A DNA stretch of 64,000 bases from a bacterium (GCA_963674595.2 CAXXFV010000001.1:1-64000); one strand, 5' to 3'. Shown: positions 38,689 to 48,885, counted from the first letter of the stretch. The notes: generated by a model not told the origin, from the sequence alone. Translations and numbers: made by a program.

Positions 38689-39837
38689 ATGGCAAAAACA
38701 TTTGAAGAGATAAACGAAAAAATTAAAAAGCGGAAAGCTGTGGTTTTAACGGCTGAAGAAATGACCTCACTTGTTTCGGAAAAAGGTGCGGCCAAAGCAG
38801 CAGATCAGGTTGATGTGGTAACAACCGGGACCTTTGGCCCCATGTGTTCTTCGGGTGTTTTTATAAATTTTGGGCATAGTAATCCTCGTATTCGGGCCAC
38901 AAAAGTCTGGCTGAATGGTGTTGAAGCCTATAGCGGCATTGCTGCTGTTGATTGTTATTTGGGCGCCACACAGCTTCAGGATGACGAGTTTCAAAATATG
39001 GAGCAGAAAACCGGATTTTATGGCGGCGCTCATGTTATTCATGAACTGCTTTCCGGCAACAAGGTTCAGCTTGTTGCCACCAGTCCGGGTACGGATTGTT
39101 ATCCTAATAAAAAGGTCGTTAAGGATATTAATTTAGAACAGTGCCCTGATGCGATTTTGGTGAACATGAGAAACTCTTACCAAAATTATAATGTTGCAGT
39201 TAATTTTTCTAAAAAGAAAATATACACCTATATGGGGGTATTAAAACCGGAACTGGGCAATGCCACCTATTGCAGTGCCGGACAAATGAGTCCGTTATTA
39301 AATGATCCAAGGTTCCTTACAATCGGTATCGGCACCAGAATATTTCTCGGCGGCGGCATCGGTTACATTATCGGACCGGGGACCCAGCATAGACCATCGG
39401 TTCAGGCTGCTGAACTTGGATTCCCTGTGCATTCAGGAGGAACGCTTGCAGTTTCCGGAAATTTAAAACAGATGCAGGCAAAGTGGATCCGGGCCGCAAA
39501 TTTTCCCGGTTATGGTGTCAGTATGCGTGTTGGCGTTGGTGTTCCGATCCCTATTTTAAATGAAGAAATGGCCGGCTTTACGGCCGTTGGTGATGACAAG
39601 CTTGTTGCACCGGTTGTTGATTATGCGAATGACTATCCTGTTGGTTCGACCCGCATTCTTGATAAAGTCTCTTATGCGCAACTTAAAACAGGATTTATTG
39701 ATATTGATGGAAAAAAAATTCCGACCAGTCCGCTTTCATCTTATAAAAAGGCGATTGAAATCGCCTCCGAATTGAAAACGTGGATACAAAAGGGTGAGTT
39801 TTTGCTTTCAAAACCTTCGGAAACTTTACCTCAATAA
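38689..39837 (+). CDS. Homocysteine biosynthesis protein / L-aspartate semialdehyde sulfurtransferase (DUF39, MA1821/MJ0100-like), without CBS domains
   Basis: KTFEEINEKI...VLTAEE, VDVVTTGTFGPMCSSG, TDCYP, RNSYQNY, YTYMG, GIGTRIFLGG, GTQH. Confidence 0.9.
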   Translation: MAKTFEEINEKIKKRKAVVLTAEEMTSLVSEKGAAKAADQVDVVTTGTFGPMCSSGVFINFGHSNPRIRATKVWLNGVEAYSGIAAVDCYLGATQLQDDEFQNMEQKTGFYGGAHVIHELLSGNKVQLVATSPGTDCYPNKKVVKDINLEQCPDAILVNMRNSYQNYNVAVNFSKKKIYTYMGVLKPELGNATYCSAGQMSPLLNDPRFLTIGIGTRIFLGGGIGYIIGPGTQHRPSVQAAELGFPVHSGGTLAVSGNLKQMQAKWIRAANFPGYGVSMRVGVGVPIPILNEEMAGFTAVGDDKLVAPVVDYANDYPVGSTRILDKVSYAQLKTGFIDIDGKKIPTSPLSSYKKAIEIASELKTWIQKGEFLLSKPSETLPQ

Positions 39838-39953
39838 AAAAACATTTTATTATTTGTAGGAATTTATTACCTTACACATTGTGTTTAAACGTTAATTAAT
39901 TATATATTATGTTTGATTCGTACATAAAAATAAATCACTAATAAGGAGGATTA

Positions 39954-41198
39954 ATGGCAGACATTTCCTTGCCAGTTATTATTCATGGTGTAACCGGACG
40001 TATGGGCCAGATAGCCCTGCGGGCTTTGCAGACAATTGCAAAAGACAAAATGGCAACCGTGAATGGTGACAATATCGTACCCCTACCAATCGGCGTAAGC
40101 CGTAACCTTGATAAAGTAAAACAGATTGCAGATGAAAAAGGTTTACAATACTATTTTGATAATATTGCCGATGCTTATGCTTTTGCAAAAGAAAAAAACT
40201 CTGCACACCAGGTCTACCATTGTACCATTTCAACAGGTATCCGTCGGAAAGTAATGTTAGAGACATTACCCCTTTTGGATCCAAAAACAACAACAGTTTA
40301 TATGGAAAAACCCTTGGCCTCGAATTATGATGACGGTTTTGCCATTGTTGATGCGCTTGAAAAAGGTAAATTTATGCACGGTGTTGTTCATCACATGCTG
40401 GCAACACCCGGATTGACCAAAGCCATGGAATTGATGCCTAAAATCAAACCTTTAACGGCACAAATGGCTTTCGGTTATGAAGTTGGTTCCGGTTTGAGCG
40501 GTAATAAAGATTTTTCCGGTCAGCGTCCTGATTTTAACTGGCTTTTGGAAGAAGCCGGTGGTGGAATTATTTTGGACATGTGTCATGAAGGTTATTTGTC
40601 CAAAGCGCTATTTGGTGATACGGAAGAGCTTAGCGCTGTAGCTCGTCTGGTTGTTCCGCAAAGATTAAGCACAGATGGAAAAACCGTAATTGACTGTGAT
40701 GTTGAAGATTTTGCCGCTTTACGCAGACAACACACAAATGGTGTTGTTAATACATCCATTTGGTCCTGGTACCGACGTGTTAACTCTGAATTCGGTCCGC
40801 TGGAAATTACAGTAGACGGAGAAAACGGAAGTATGGTTTTTGGACTTTATGGTCTGAAAGTACAGTGGAAAGAAACCGCCCCTGCAAACCGCTGGGAGAA
40901 ATCAGTTTCCGGCGAAAAAACAGAATGGCGTGACTATTGGGAATATTACGATCTTCCCTATAAAGATCCCTTTGCAATCGAATTAGCAGATTATTTACAA
41001 TGTGCTATGAAAGGCGAAAAATATCCCAAAGATGCTATCCAGGCTTTACATGTTTTGAGCGAAGTTGAATCATTTTATGAAAGCGCTGCTCAGGATGGTA
41101 AATCCGTTTCCCGTAAAGATGTTCGTTATTATCCGGTTCCAAATCCTGAAGGTTGGACCCCTGAACGATTGCAAAATAATTTGAAAATTGTAAAATAA
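39954..41198 (+). CDS. Gfo/Idh/MocA-family oxidoreductase
   Basis: HGVTGRMG, YMEKPLA, QRPDFNW...GGGIILDM. Confidence 0.8.
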   Translation: MADISLPVIIHGVTGRMGQIALRALQTIAKDKMATVNGDNIVPLPIGVSRNLDKVKQIADEKGLQYYFDNIADAYAFAKEKNSAHQVYHCTISTGIRRKVMLETLPLLDPKTTTVYMEKPLASNYDDGFAIVDALEKGKFMHGVVHHMLATPGLTKAMELMPKIKPLTAQMAFGYEVGSGLSGNKDFSGQRPDFNWLLEEAGGGIILDMCHEGYLSKALFGDTEELSAVARLVVPQRLSTDGKTVIDCDVEDFAALRRQHTNGVVNTSIWSWYRRVNSEFGPLEITVDGENGSMVFGLYGLKVQWKETAPANRWEKSVSGEKTEWRDYWEYYDLPYKDPFAIELADYLQCAMKGEKYPKDAIQALHVLSEVESFYESAAQDGKSVSRKDVRYYPVPNPEGWTPERLQNNLKIVK

Positions 41199-42409
41199 TG
41201 ACATTAAAAAAATTACCTGTTTTTAAAGGTGAAAAAATATCTATTACAGATGTTTATGACAGACAATGTAATAAAGAAATTTTGGCAACTACGGCCCTTT
41301 ACGGGCCGTGGACGCCAAACGGGGAATTCGACTGGCCAAGCTATACCAATCTTGTTGAAAATGTCCTTCAAAATAGCAGTATTCCGGCTACGAATGTAGA
41401 TACAACCTGGGCGATTTATAATGACTGGGAATTAACAAAAGAATTGATATGGCATACCGCGCAAGTTGCTTCAGAGAATGCACATTATATTTCTATGGAA
41501 AGACCGCTTGTGGTTGCCGGACTGAACACCAATTCCTATAACCTTTCTGTTGATGAAATTGCACCGACATTGCGAAAACAAATGCAGGAAATTTATAAAG
41601 GCCTGAAAGAAAGGTTTATTATTCCCCGGATTCGTTTTATACCGGTTCCCGATAAACGACTTTATGATGCTCCTTCGGATGTGAAATATAAAGTCTACCA
41701 GGAAATTGGCAAGGTCGTTGAAGAGTTTACGGATTATGGATTTGTATTTTTTGAGCTTGATATCGGAATTCCCGGATTTGGCTCCAACTTTACGCCCTTG
41801 GAAATTGAAAATATATTGACAAAAACACCGCAAATTCAGGAGTATAAAAGCGCCCTTATCAGCCGTAAATCATCTTTTCAATGTCAGTATGATTATTGTG
41901 ATGATATGATTCGGCTGGCTATCGTAGAAAGAGTTGCACCTGAACGTGTGCAGTTTTCTACGGGTAACGACTGGTTTATAGCCCTGGCAAGATACGGAAA
42001 AAATCTGAAAAAACATGGTTATTTACTTGGCGCCTCTCAAATGAGTCCCATGCTGTTCAAACTATGGCGGGATTTTGTATCGGAAGGTAAACCCTGTGCT
42101 TTGGCATTGGAACAGGACCTTCAGGCGGTTGCCAAAGACTTTTGGACACCCGGAAACGTGGGTATTTACAGACACTATATGGGGATTTTTCTGGCAATGA
42201 CGGGATTGATAAAACATCCCTTACCTCACCCAAAATGTGACAGCCGGTATATCGTTCAGCCGGATGACTATTTTCTCCCTCTCAAACATGCGTTGCGTTT
42301 AGGACTTGTTGATAAACACGATGCCGTCAGCATTGTGAAAAATATCATTCCAGGCTATGATTCCTGGAGTGATGAAAAAATCCGCAACCGAATTCAATAT
42401 ATGAGTTAA
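41198..42409 (+). CDS. Dihydrodipicolinate synthase-like (class I aldolase) protein, divergent
   Basis: PWTPNGEFDW, IPATNVDT, EYKS, STGND, GYLLG; TAATG coupling to the oxidoreductase gene. Confidence 0.55.
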   Translation: MTLKKLPVFKGEKISITDVYDRQCNKEILATTALYGPWTPNGEFDWPSYTNLVENVLQNSSIPATNVDTTWAIYNDWELTKELIWHTAQVASENAHYISMERPLVVAGLNTNSYNLSVDEIAPTLRKQMQEIYKGLKERFIIPRIRFIPVPDKRLYDAPSDVKYKVYQEIGKVVEEFTDYGFVFFELDIGIPGFGSNFTPLEIENILTKTPQIQEYKSALISRKSSFQCQYDYCDDMIRLAIVERVAPERVQFSTGNDWFIALARYGKNLKKHGYLLGASQMSPMLFKLWRDFVSEGKPCALALEQDLQAVAKDFWTPGNVGIYRHYMGIFLAMTGLIKHPLPHPKCDSRYIVQPDDYFLPLKHALRLGLVDKHDAVSIVKNIIPGYDSWSDEKIRNRIQYMS

Positions 42410-42488
42410 ATGAGAAAAGGGGGCCCTGGAATTATATCTTGTTCACTGTTGTTATACTTGTAATTTAATATTAAGTGGAGAAGATATC

Positions 42489-43004
42489 ATGCAGGAAAGA
42501 AAAAATATTGTAACAATTAAAAATAAACCCGTTACACTGTTAGGCCCGGAAATTAAAGTTAGCAGCAAGGCCCCGGAGTTTACGGTTATTGATAACAATC
42601 TTGATGAGTTTCATTCGTCAATTTTGCATGGAAAAATTCGGGTTTATAATGTTGTCCATTCACTGGAAACGTCTGTATGTGACTTGCAGACAAAAAACTT
42701 TAATCAACACGCATCCGATTTTGGTGACCGTGTTGAGGTGTTGACGTTAAGTGTGGACCTGCCGTTTACTCAGGCCCGGTGGTGCGGGAATGCCGGAATA
42801 GATCGCGTTAAGGTTTTATCCGATCATAAAGACCTTTCCTTTGGACTGGCGTATGGAGTTGTTATTAAGGAATTGCGTCTGTTGGCCCGTGCTGTTTTTG
42901 TGGTTGATGAGAATGATACCGTCCGATATGTTGAATACGTCCCTGAACTGAGCACGCATCCCAACTATGATAAAGTGCTTGAAACAATAGGTCAGTTAAT
43001 TTAG
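42489..43004 (+). CDS. tpx: Thiol peroxidase
   Basis: SLETSVC, SVDLPFTQARWCG, LLARAVFVVD, YVEYVPE...PNYD. Confidence 0.92.
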   Translation: MQERKNIVTIKNKPVTLLGPEIKVSSKAPEFTVIDNNLDEFHSSILHGKIRVYNVVHSLETSVCDLQTKNFNQHASDFGDRVEVLTLSVDLPFTQARWCGNAGIDRVKVLSDHKDLSFGLAYGVVIKELRLLARAVFVVDENDTVRYVEYVPELSTHPNYDKVLETIGQLI

Positions 43005-43030
43005 GTTTTTAACATCAAGAAAGCGGACCT

Positions 43031-43318
43031 GTGACGCGGCTTGAAAAAGATGAAAAAGTACTGAGAAAATTTGTTACTGTTTATTGTAAACACGAACATA
43101 AACAAAACCAACTATGTGCCGAATGTCAGGATATTTTAGATTATTCGTTGGGTCGTTTACAAAAATGTCCCTATGACCCCAAGCCCATGTGCAAAAAATG
43201 TCCGGTCCATTGTTATAAACCTTTTTACCGGCAAAGAATAAAACAGATCATGAAAAAAGCCGGCATCCTGATGATTTTAAGGGGCCGGCTTGATTATGTT
43301 TATCACTATTTTTTCTAA
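43031..43318 (+). CDS. YgbA (nitrous oxide-stimulated promoter) family Cys-rich protein
   Basis: YC..H...LCAEC..., RLQKCP...KPMCKKCPVHCYKP. Confidence 0.85.
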   Translation: MTRLEKDEKVLRKFVTVYCKHEHKQNQLCAECQDILDYSLGRLQKCPYDPKPMCKKCPVHCYKPFYRQRIKQIMKKAGILMILRGRLDYVYHYFF

Positions 43319-43319
43319 A

Positions 43320-43835
43320 TTACATATCGTCTTCCTGGTCGTCTGTTTCATCAAAATCGCCCAAAATATCCGGCTCTTCAAAATCTTCCGATTCGTCAGG
43401 TTCATCTTCCTGTGCTGCCTTGAGTGTTTCATAAGGTTCTACAATCATTTGAATATCTATATTAAAAAAGTCGAAAATTTCTGATAATAATTTTCCGCCT
43501 TTTTCATTCGGTATTTTGGTGACCAGGTTCATAGAAGCATATTCGGCCCTGACAACTTCTGCATCCTCACCTTTACCTATTTTTATCTTTTTTTGTTTTA
43601 CATTGAACGGCTTGATTGTTACGGCAGGAAGAATATACTCTTCGCCGGTATGGTTATCAAGAAATGATACTTTGGTCAGGCCTCTTACCATATTGTTAAA
43701 AAGCTCGCCGACCTGGATGCTGTTGTCAAGTTCCGCCTCTACCTGTAGAACAAGCTGTCTCACGATTTCGTCATTTTCACCTTTATCGTCGGCAGGCCAG
43801 AATTTTTTAATAATAGACTTTTCAAAATTAAGCAT
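43320..43835 (-). CDS. Hypothetical protein with very acidic C-terminal tail
   Basis: ATG after AGGAG; 171 aa; tail EDEPDESEDFEEPDILGDFDETDDQEDDM. Confidence 0.7.
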   Translation of the reverse strand: MLNFEKSIIKKFWPADDKGENDEIVRQLVLQVEAELDNSIQVGELFNNMVRGLTKVSFLDNHTGEEYILPAVTIKPFNVKQKKIKIGKGEDAEVVRAEYASMNLVTKIPNEKGGKLLSEIFDFFNIDIQMIVEPYETLKAAQEDEPDESEDFEEPDILGDFDETDDQEDDM

Positions 43836-43963
43836 GTATTGACTCCTCTTTATATACACGCATTCACATTAATTAAAACATAGTTGACGAACATACAAAA
43901 TAATTTTCTGTAACGCAAGAGTATAATGTTGAGACATCCCAACTTGACCGTCCAAAATAAAAC

Positions 43964-43992
43964 TTGACACTGGAAAGATAAATTGTTATTAT
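43964..43992 (+). promoter_or_regulatory. Sigma70-type promoter
   Basis: TTGACA-N17-TATTAT upstream of the DUF151 gene. Confidence 0.6.
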
Positions 43993-44049
43993 AGTAGGTA
44001 ATTATGCAAGTCTCGTTGCAGGAAAATATGTTCAATGGAGGAGTACAAT

Positions 44050-44628
44050 ATGCTGGTCCGCGTTGAAGTAGAACGTGTGACTCTTGATACCAAGACCAGT
44101 CGTTTTGTTGTTATATTAAAGGATGGGAAAAAAAACAGGTGGCTTCCAATTGTTGTAGGATCTACAGAGGCGCAGGCAATTGCCCTGCAGTTGGAAAATA
44201 TCTCACCGCCACGTCCATTAACACATGATTTAATTCGAAATCTACTGGATACAATAAATGTTCAAGTTTCACGGATAGTTGTCAGTGATCTGCGTGATAA
44301 CACATATTTCGCATTAATTAGTCTTCAGGCAAATAGCGATATTAAAGATGTTGATGCCAGACCGAGTGATGCAATTGCTTTGGCATTACGAATGAAGTCT
44401 CCAATATTTGTTGAAGAAGATGTGATGAAAAAAGCAGCCATTACAGATTCAGAAGCAGATATTGTTACGGATGATGAAGAATTTGAATTGTCTCCCGGTG
44501 ACCAACTGGAGCAATTAAACGTCGATCTGCGTAACGCGGTGCAGGATGAACGATACGAAGACGCCGCCATGATTCGTGATGAGATAAAAAAGATTAAAGA
44601 CGAATTGCGTGAAAAAAAGGGTGAGTAA
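44050..44628 (+). CDS. Bifunctional nuclease (DUF151) with UVR domain
   Basis: LPIVVG..EAQAI, PRPLTHDL, DARPSDAIALA; ERYEDAAMIRDEI. Confidence 0.92.
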   Translation: MLVRVEVERVTLDTKTSRFVVILKDGKKNRWLPIVVGSTEAQAIALQLENISPPRPLTHDLIRNLLDTINVQVSRIVVSDLRDNTYFALISLQANSDIKDVDARPSDAIALALRMKSPIFVEEDVMKKAAITDSEADIVTDDEEFELSPGDQLEQLNVDLRNAVQDERYEDAAMIRDEIKKIKDELREKKGE

Positions 44629-44649
44629 TCATCTTTAATATTATATTTT

Positions 44650-44675
44650 AGCCTCTTTTAAGGGGCTTTTTTTTT
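44650..44675 (+). terminator. Rho-independent terminator
   Basis: agcctctt-tt-aaggggct hairpin followed by a T run. Confidence 0.7.
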
Positions 44676-44732
44676 CTTACCTCAATCATACCCTGTTAAT
44701 AGCTCAGAAAATAGACTTGGAAAGGACGACTA

Positions 44733-45974
44733 TTGCAAGGAAAACGCTGGCCATGGTTATATATACCATCATTATATTTTGCTGAGGGATTGCCTTATAT
44801 CCTGATAAATGCCGTATCCGTTATTATGTTCAAAAAAATGAATGTGTCTAACACGGTTATCGGCCTTACCGGTTTTTTATATCTACCCTGGGTTATTAAA
44901 ATGTTTTGGGGACCGGTTGTTGACACTGTTTCAACCAAACGGCAATGGATTCTGTCCACACAAATATTAATGGCTGTTTGTTTTTTACTTGTAGCAGCAG
45001 GAGTACAGGTAAGCGGATTTTTGTCCATCAGCCTTGTGCTGTTTTTTATCACCGCTTTTTTAAGCGCCACCCATGATATTGCGATTGACGGTTATTACAT
45101 GCTGGCTTTGGATGAAAAAAAGCAGGCTTTTTATGTGGGTATCAGGTCTACATTTTACAGAATTGCTATTATTTTTGCAACAGGCGCTTTGGTTGTTATT
45201 GCCGGAACCATTGAAAAATCCACCGGTAATATTGCGTTCAGTTGGTCTGTTGTTTTTATGATTTCCGGCGGTATCTTTTTTCTGTTATATTTTTTCCACC
45301 GGTTTTATCTGCCGCATCCGGTTGATAACGTTGTGTCTGAGGGTTCGCGATTCGGTGATATGAAACAGGTTTTTAAAACCTATTTTCAGCAAAAAAATAT
45401 TATTCTTATTGTTCTTTTTGTTTTATTTTACCGGCTTGGTGAGGCTATTCTCGGCAAAATGACAGCGCCGTTTCTGCTTGATGGTGTAGAAAAAGGTGGT
45501 CTTGGTCTGGAGACAACGACTGTCGGTTATTTATATGGAACAGTCGGTATGCTCAGCCTTGTTGCCGGTGGTATTGTCGGCGGCTGGCTGATTTCTAAAT
45601 TCGGTTTAAAAAAATGTATCTGGCCGATGGCCCTTGCTTTAAAGGCGCCGGACCTGGTTTATGTTTATATGTCTACGGTACACCCGTCCATTGAAATTAT
45701 TTATCCGTTAGTGGCTGTTGAACAATTTGGCTATGGTATCGGTTTTACGGCCTTTATGGTTTTTCTTATGTATCTTACACAGGAAAAATACAAAACATCG
45801 CATTTTGCTATTTCAACCGGCATTATGGCCTTGGGAATGATGATTCCGGGAATGATAAGCGGCTATTTGCAGACCCTTCTCGGATATACAAACTTTTTTA
45901 TTATGGTCGTGTTTTTAACGCTGCCCGGATTAATTGTGTTGTTTTTTCTGCCGATTCCTGAAGAATCTAAATAA
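44733..45974 (+). CDS. ampG: AmpG-family muropeptide MFS transporter
   Basis: LYFAEGLP, LPWVIKMFWGPVVD, SATHDIAIDG. Confidence 0.8.
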   Translation: MQGKRWPWLYIPSLYFAEGLPYILINAVSVIMFKKMNVSNTVIGLTGFLYLPWVIKMFWGPVVDTVSTKRQWILSTQILMAVCFLLVAAGVQVSGFLSISLVLFFITAFLSATHDIAIDGYYMLALDEKKQAFYVGIRSTFYRIAIIFATGALVVIAGTIEKSTGNIAFSWSVVFMISGGIFFLLYFFHRFYLPHPVDNVVSEGSRFGDMKQVFKTYFQQKNIILIVLFVLFYRLGEAILGKMTAPFLLDGVEKGGLGLETTTVGYLYGTVGMLSLVAGGIVGGWLISKFGLKKCIWPMALALKAPDLVYVYMSTVHPSIEIIYPLVAVEQFGYGIGFTAFMVFLMYLTQEKYKTSHFAISTGIMALGMMIPGMISGYLQTLLGYTNFFIMVVFLTLPGLIVLFFLPIPEESK

Positions 45975-46042
45975 TGTTTATTTACTGGTTTGTTACATGG
46001 CTATAAATTAAATTTTCTGCTTTTTAGAAACAGAGCGTTAGA

Positions 46043-47275
46043 ATGAGAAAAATTTTATTTTCTTTATGCATTATTTCAAGTTTTTTTTCTCAATCCTGTG
46101 CTGAGATTAAACAGGAAAAAATCGTTGTTAAACCCGGCATTGATGTTCTGATTGATGAACACATGGACTTGGTGAAAAATCAAAAAATCGGGTTGATTAC
46201 CAATCAGACAGGGGTAACTGCCTCCCTCAAATCTACAATCGATGTTTTATCAGAACAAAAAGACCTGAAACTGTTGGCTCTTTTTTCACCGGAACACGGT
46301 TTATACGGAGCAACCGAAGCCGGCCAATATGTGCCGCACGGATGTGATGAAAATTCCGGGATTCCCATTTACAGCTTGTATGGAAAAACACGTAAACCGA
46401 CACCGGACATGTTGAAAAATCTGGATGTTCTGGTGTTTGATATTCAGGACATTGGCTCGCGGGCTTATACCTACATTTACACCATGGCCTTGGCCATGCA
46501 AGCCGCGCAGGAAAACAGTATCAAATTTATCGTGCTGGATCGACCGAATCCGCTTGGCGGAACGTTGGTGGAAGGCCCGGTTTTGGATGAAAAATTCAGT
46601 TCTTTTATCGGCATGTATCCGATACCTTATATCTATGGAATGACCATCGGTGAACTGGCTTTATTTTTTAACAGTGAATTTGATATCAATGCCGACCTGA
46701 CGGTTGTGCCATTGTCCGGCTGGAAGCGCCGGATGAATTATATGGATACCGGACTACAGTGGGTGCCCACTTCTCCGCATGTGCCGGACAGCCAGACGCC
46801 CTTTTATATCGCCGCAACTGGGTGCATTGGGGAACTGGGTACGGTTAATGAAGGTGTTGGTTATACCATGCCTTTCCGGCTCATCGGCAAACCGGAGTTT
46901 AATGCTGACACTTTTGCTGAGAAAATGAACGCACTTGATCTTTCGGGTGTTTGTTTTCGGCCCACGTTTTATAAACCTTATTATGGGAAATTTACAGGCA
47001 AGATTGTTAAAGGTGTGCAAATTCATATTACCGATTTTAACACTTTTAAACCTATGCAGACACAAATCTTTTTGTTAAAGACGATTATATCGGAAAATTT
47101 ACAGGAATCGATTTTTAGTACGGAACGAATTGATATGTTTGATAAAGCCATGGGGACAGATAAAATCCGGCTGGGTCTTGAAAAAGACGTTCCTGTAGAT
47201 AGTTTGTATCAAATACTTGATAAGGGGATGGATGAGTTTCTGAAAAAACGGGTAAAATATTTACAATATGATTAA
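46043..47275 (+). CDS. Exo-beta-N-acetylmuramidase NamZ (DUF1343), probable lipoprotein
   Basis: GLITNQTG, FSPEHG, FDIQDIGSR.YTYIYT, VLDRPNP, GMTIGELA, WVPTSP, NEGVG. Confidence 0.9.
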   Translation: MRKILFSLCIISSFFSQSCAEIKQEKIVVKPGIDVLIDEHMDLVKNQKIGLITNQTGVTASLKSTIDVLSEQKDLKLLALFSPEHGLYGATEAGQYVPHGCDENSGIPIYSLYGKTRKPTPDMLKNLDVLVFDIQDIGSRAYTYIYTMALAMQAAQENSIKFIVLDRPNPLGGTLVEGPVLDEKFSSFIGMYPIPYIYGMTIGELALFFNSEFDINADLTVVPLSGWKRRMNYMDTGLQWVPTSPHVPDSQTPFYIAATGCIGELGTVNEGVGYTMPFRLIGKPEFNADTFAEKMNALDLSGVCFRPTFYKPYYGKFTGKIVKGVQIHITDFNTFKPMQTQIFLLKTIISENLQESIFSTERIDMFDKAMGTDKIRLGLEKDVPVDSLYQILDKGMDEFLKKRVKYLQYD

Positions 47276-47279
47276 AAAA

Positions 47280-48515
47280 TTATGACACATCAATGGGAAT
47301 GTTGAGTGCCAATTTTTTTGCTTTTTCTTCATAACTCGTTACACCGTTTCCGTTATTTTCTTTGCTTGAAAAATTTTGAGAAACATTGTTTTCCGGCTGC
47401 TTTTTACTCCAATTAAATGGAGACCATTTGTTTCGTTGGGCAAAGCTTTGTATCTTTGGCTTTGCAGCTATTTCATCTGCCTCCGGTTGTGTTAAAATAA
47501 AAGGTCTGGCTTGTTTAACGGTTTTTCTAAAATTTTTGTTATAATCAATAAAGCCCAAAAATTTAGTTTCCACCATTAATAAATTGGAAATTTTTTCCTG
47601 AAAATATTTGGCTTCTTTTGGTTCCGCTGAATCAAGCACCATATTCATAATCAGATTAGGTCTGAATTTTTGGACAACGCCTTTAAAAATGGTACCTGCT
47701 CTTGGGTCATGCCGGTCAACCCTTACCAGTATTTGCTTCATGGGTTGTTCATATTTACGCCAATCCCAGTTTTCAAATTCTTCCAGTTGCGACAAGGCAT
47801 ATTCACTAAAAGCCAGAGACTTTTTTAATTTTCGTAGTAACGCACTGCGAATAAAATGAAAAGCGTCCATAAATGATGTGGCTTCCGGCAGCGTTACGAT
47901 AATGCCGTCATCACAGGCAAGAAAAATATCAACAGTTCCGTATGATACACCCGGACTCTGATCGATAAGCACATAATCACAGGGGAGTTCGCGTAGTTGG
48001 CGGATAAATTTTAATCTTTTAAAAAATTTGGGGTTTGATGATTCCAAACTGCCGACCTGTCCGCAAATCATTTTTATGTTTTTATGGTTTGTGTCAACCA
48101 ATAGCTGTGAAAGATCGACGTGACTATTTTGAAAATAGGCGTTTAATGTTACCGGGGGACGTGAAATGCCCATCCATTCATGCAAATCCGGACCGCCAAA
48201 ATCCGCATCAACGATAATAACCTTGTGGTTTATATTTGCCAGCTCAATAGCCAGGGAAGCCGTCAGGGCGGTTTTTCCGACACCGCCTTTACCACTGGCA
48301 ATGGCAATAATTTTTCCAGCTTTATTTACATAACGATGAGATGAAATTAGTTTGTTAAACACTTGATTTTTTTCTAGTTTTTCCCATGTATTGGATTGAT
48401 AATCCCAAAACAAATCTTCTGCTGATATCAATCCATTACGTACGAATCGGCAGAATTCAGCCCTTTTTAACGGACCAAATTGCTGTTTTGATGTACGAAT
48501 GTATATGGCATTCAT
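47280..48515 (-). CDS. MinD/FlhG-family P-loop ATPase with N-terminal GYF_2-like domain
   Basis: ATG after GGAGG; QQFGP...GLI...W...W; IASGKGGVGKT, VDADFGG, VLIDQSPG. Confidence 0.8.
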   Translation of the reverse strand: MNAIYIRTSKQQFGPLKRAEFCRFVRNGLISAEDLFWDYQSNTWEKLEKNQVFNKLISSHRYVNKAGKIIAIASGKGGVGKTALTASLAIELANINHKVIIVDADFGGPDLHEWMGISRPPVTLNAYFQNSHVDLSQLLVDTNHKNIKMICGQVGSLESSNPKFFKRLKFIRQLRELPCDYVLIDQSPGVSYGTVDIFLACDDGIIVTLPEATSFMDAFHFIRSALLRKLKKSLAFSEYALSQLEEFENWDWRKYEQPMKQILVRVDRHDPRAGTIFKGVVQKFRPNLIMNMVLDSAEPKEAKYFQEKISNLLMVETKFLGFIDYNKNFRKTVKQARPFILTQPEADEIAAKPKIQSFAQRNKWSPFNWSKKQPENNVSQNFSSKENNGNGVTSYEEKAKKLALNIPIDVS

Positions 48516-48885
48516 GCCTTTTCCTCCAACCCAAAAGAATGTAACAGCGTGAGATAAATGTTTGTGCGATATCAGATGTTTTATTCTACTATTAATATAC
48601 AATTATCGTTCCAAAATTCAATGAAATTTTTTATTTTATTGTATTTATATGATAAATGTTTTTTAAAGATATTTTTTACAATTAGTTAGGTTTAATAAGA
48701 TTTTACGTAATTAAAATCAAAAAAATTAAAAGAGTGGCTTTAAGTGGTCATTTTGTACGAAAATCGTGACATTTTAGCCAGTTTACGGTGCATGTTTTAA
48801 ACTTTACTATTTACTATAATAATTTTTTTTACTATCATTATGACAAATGCACTGAATGGAAAAATTTTTATATAAAGGAGGTATT

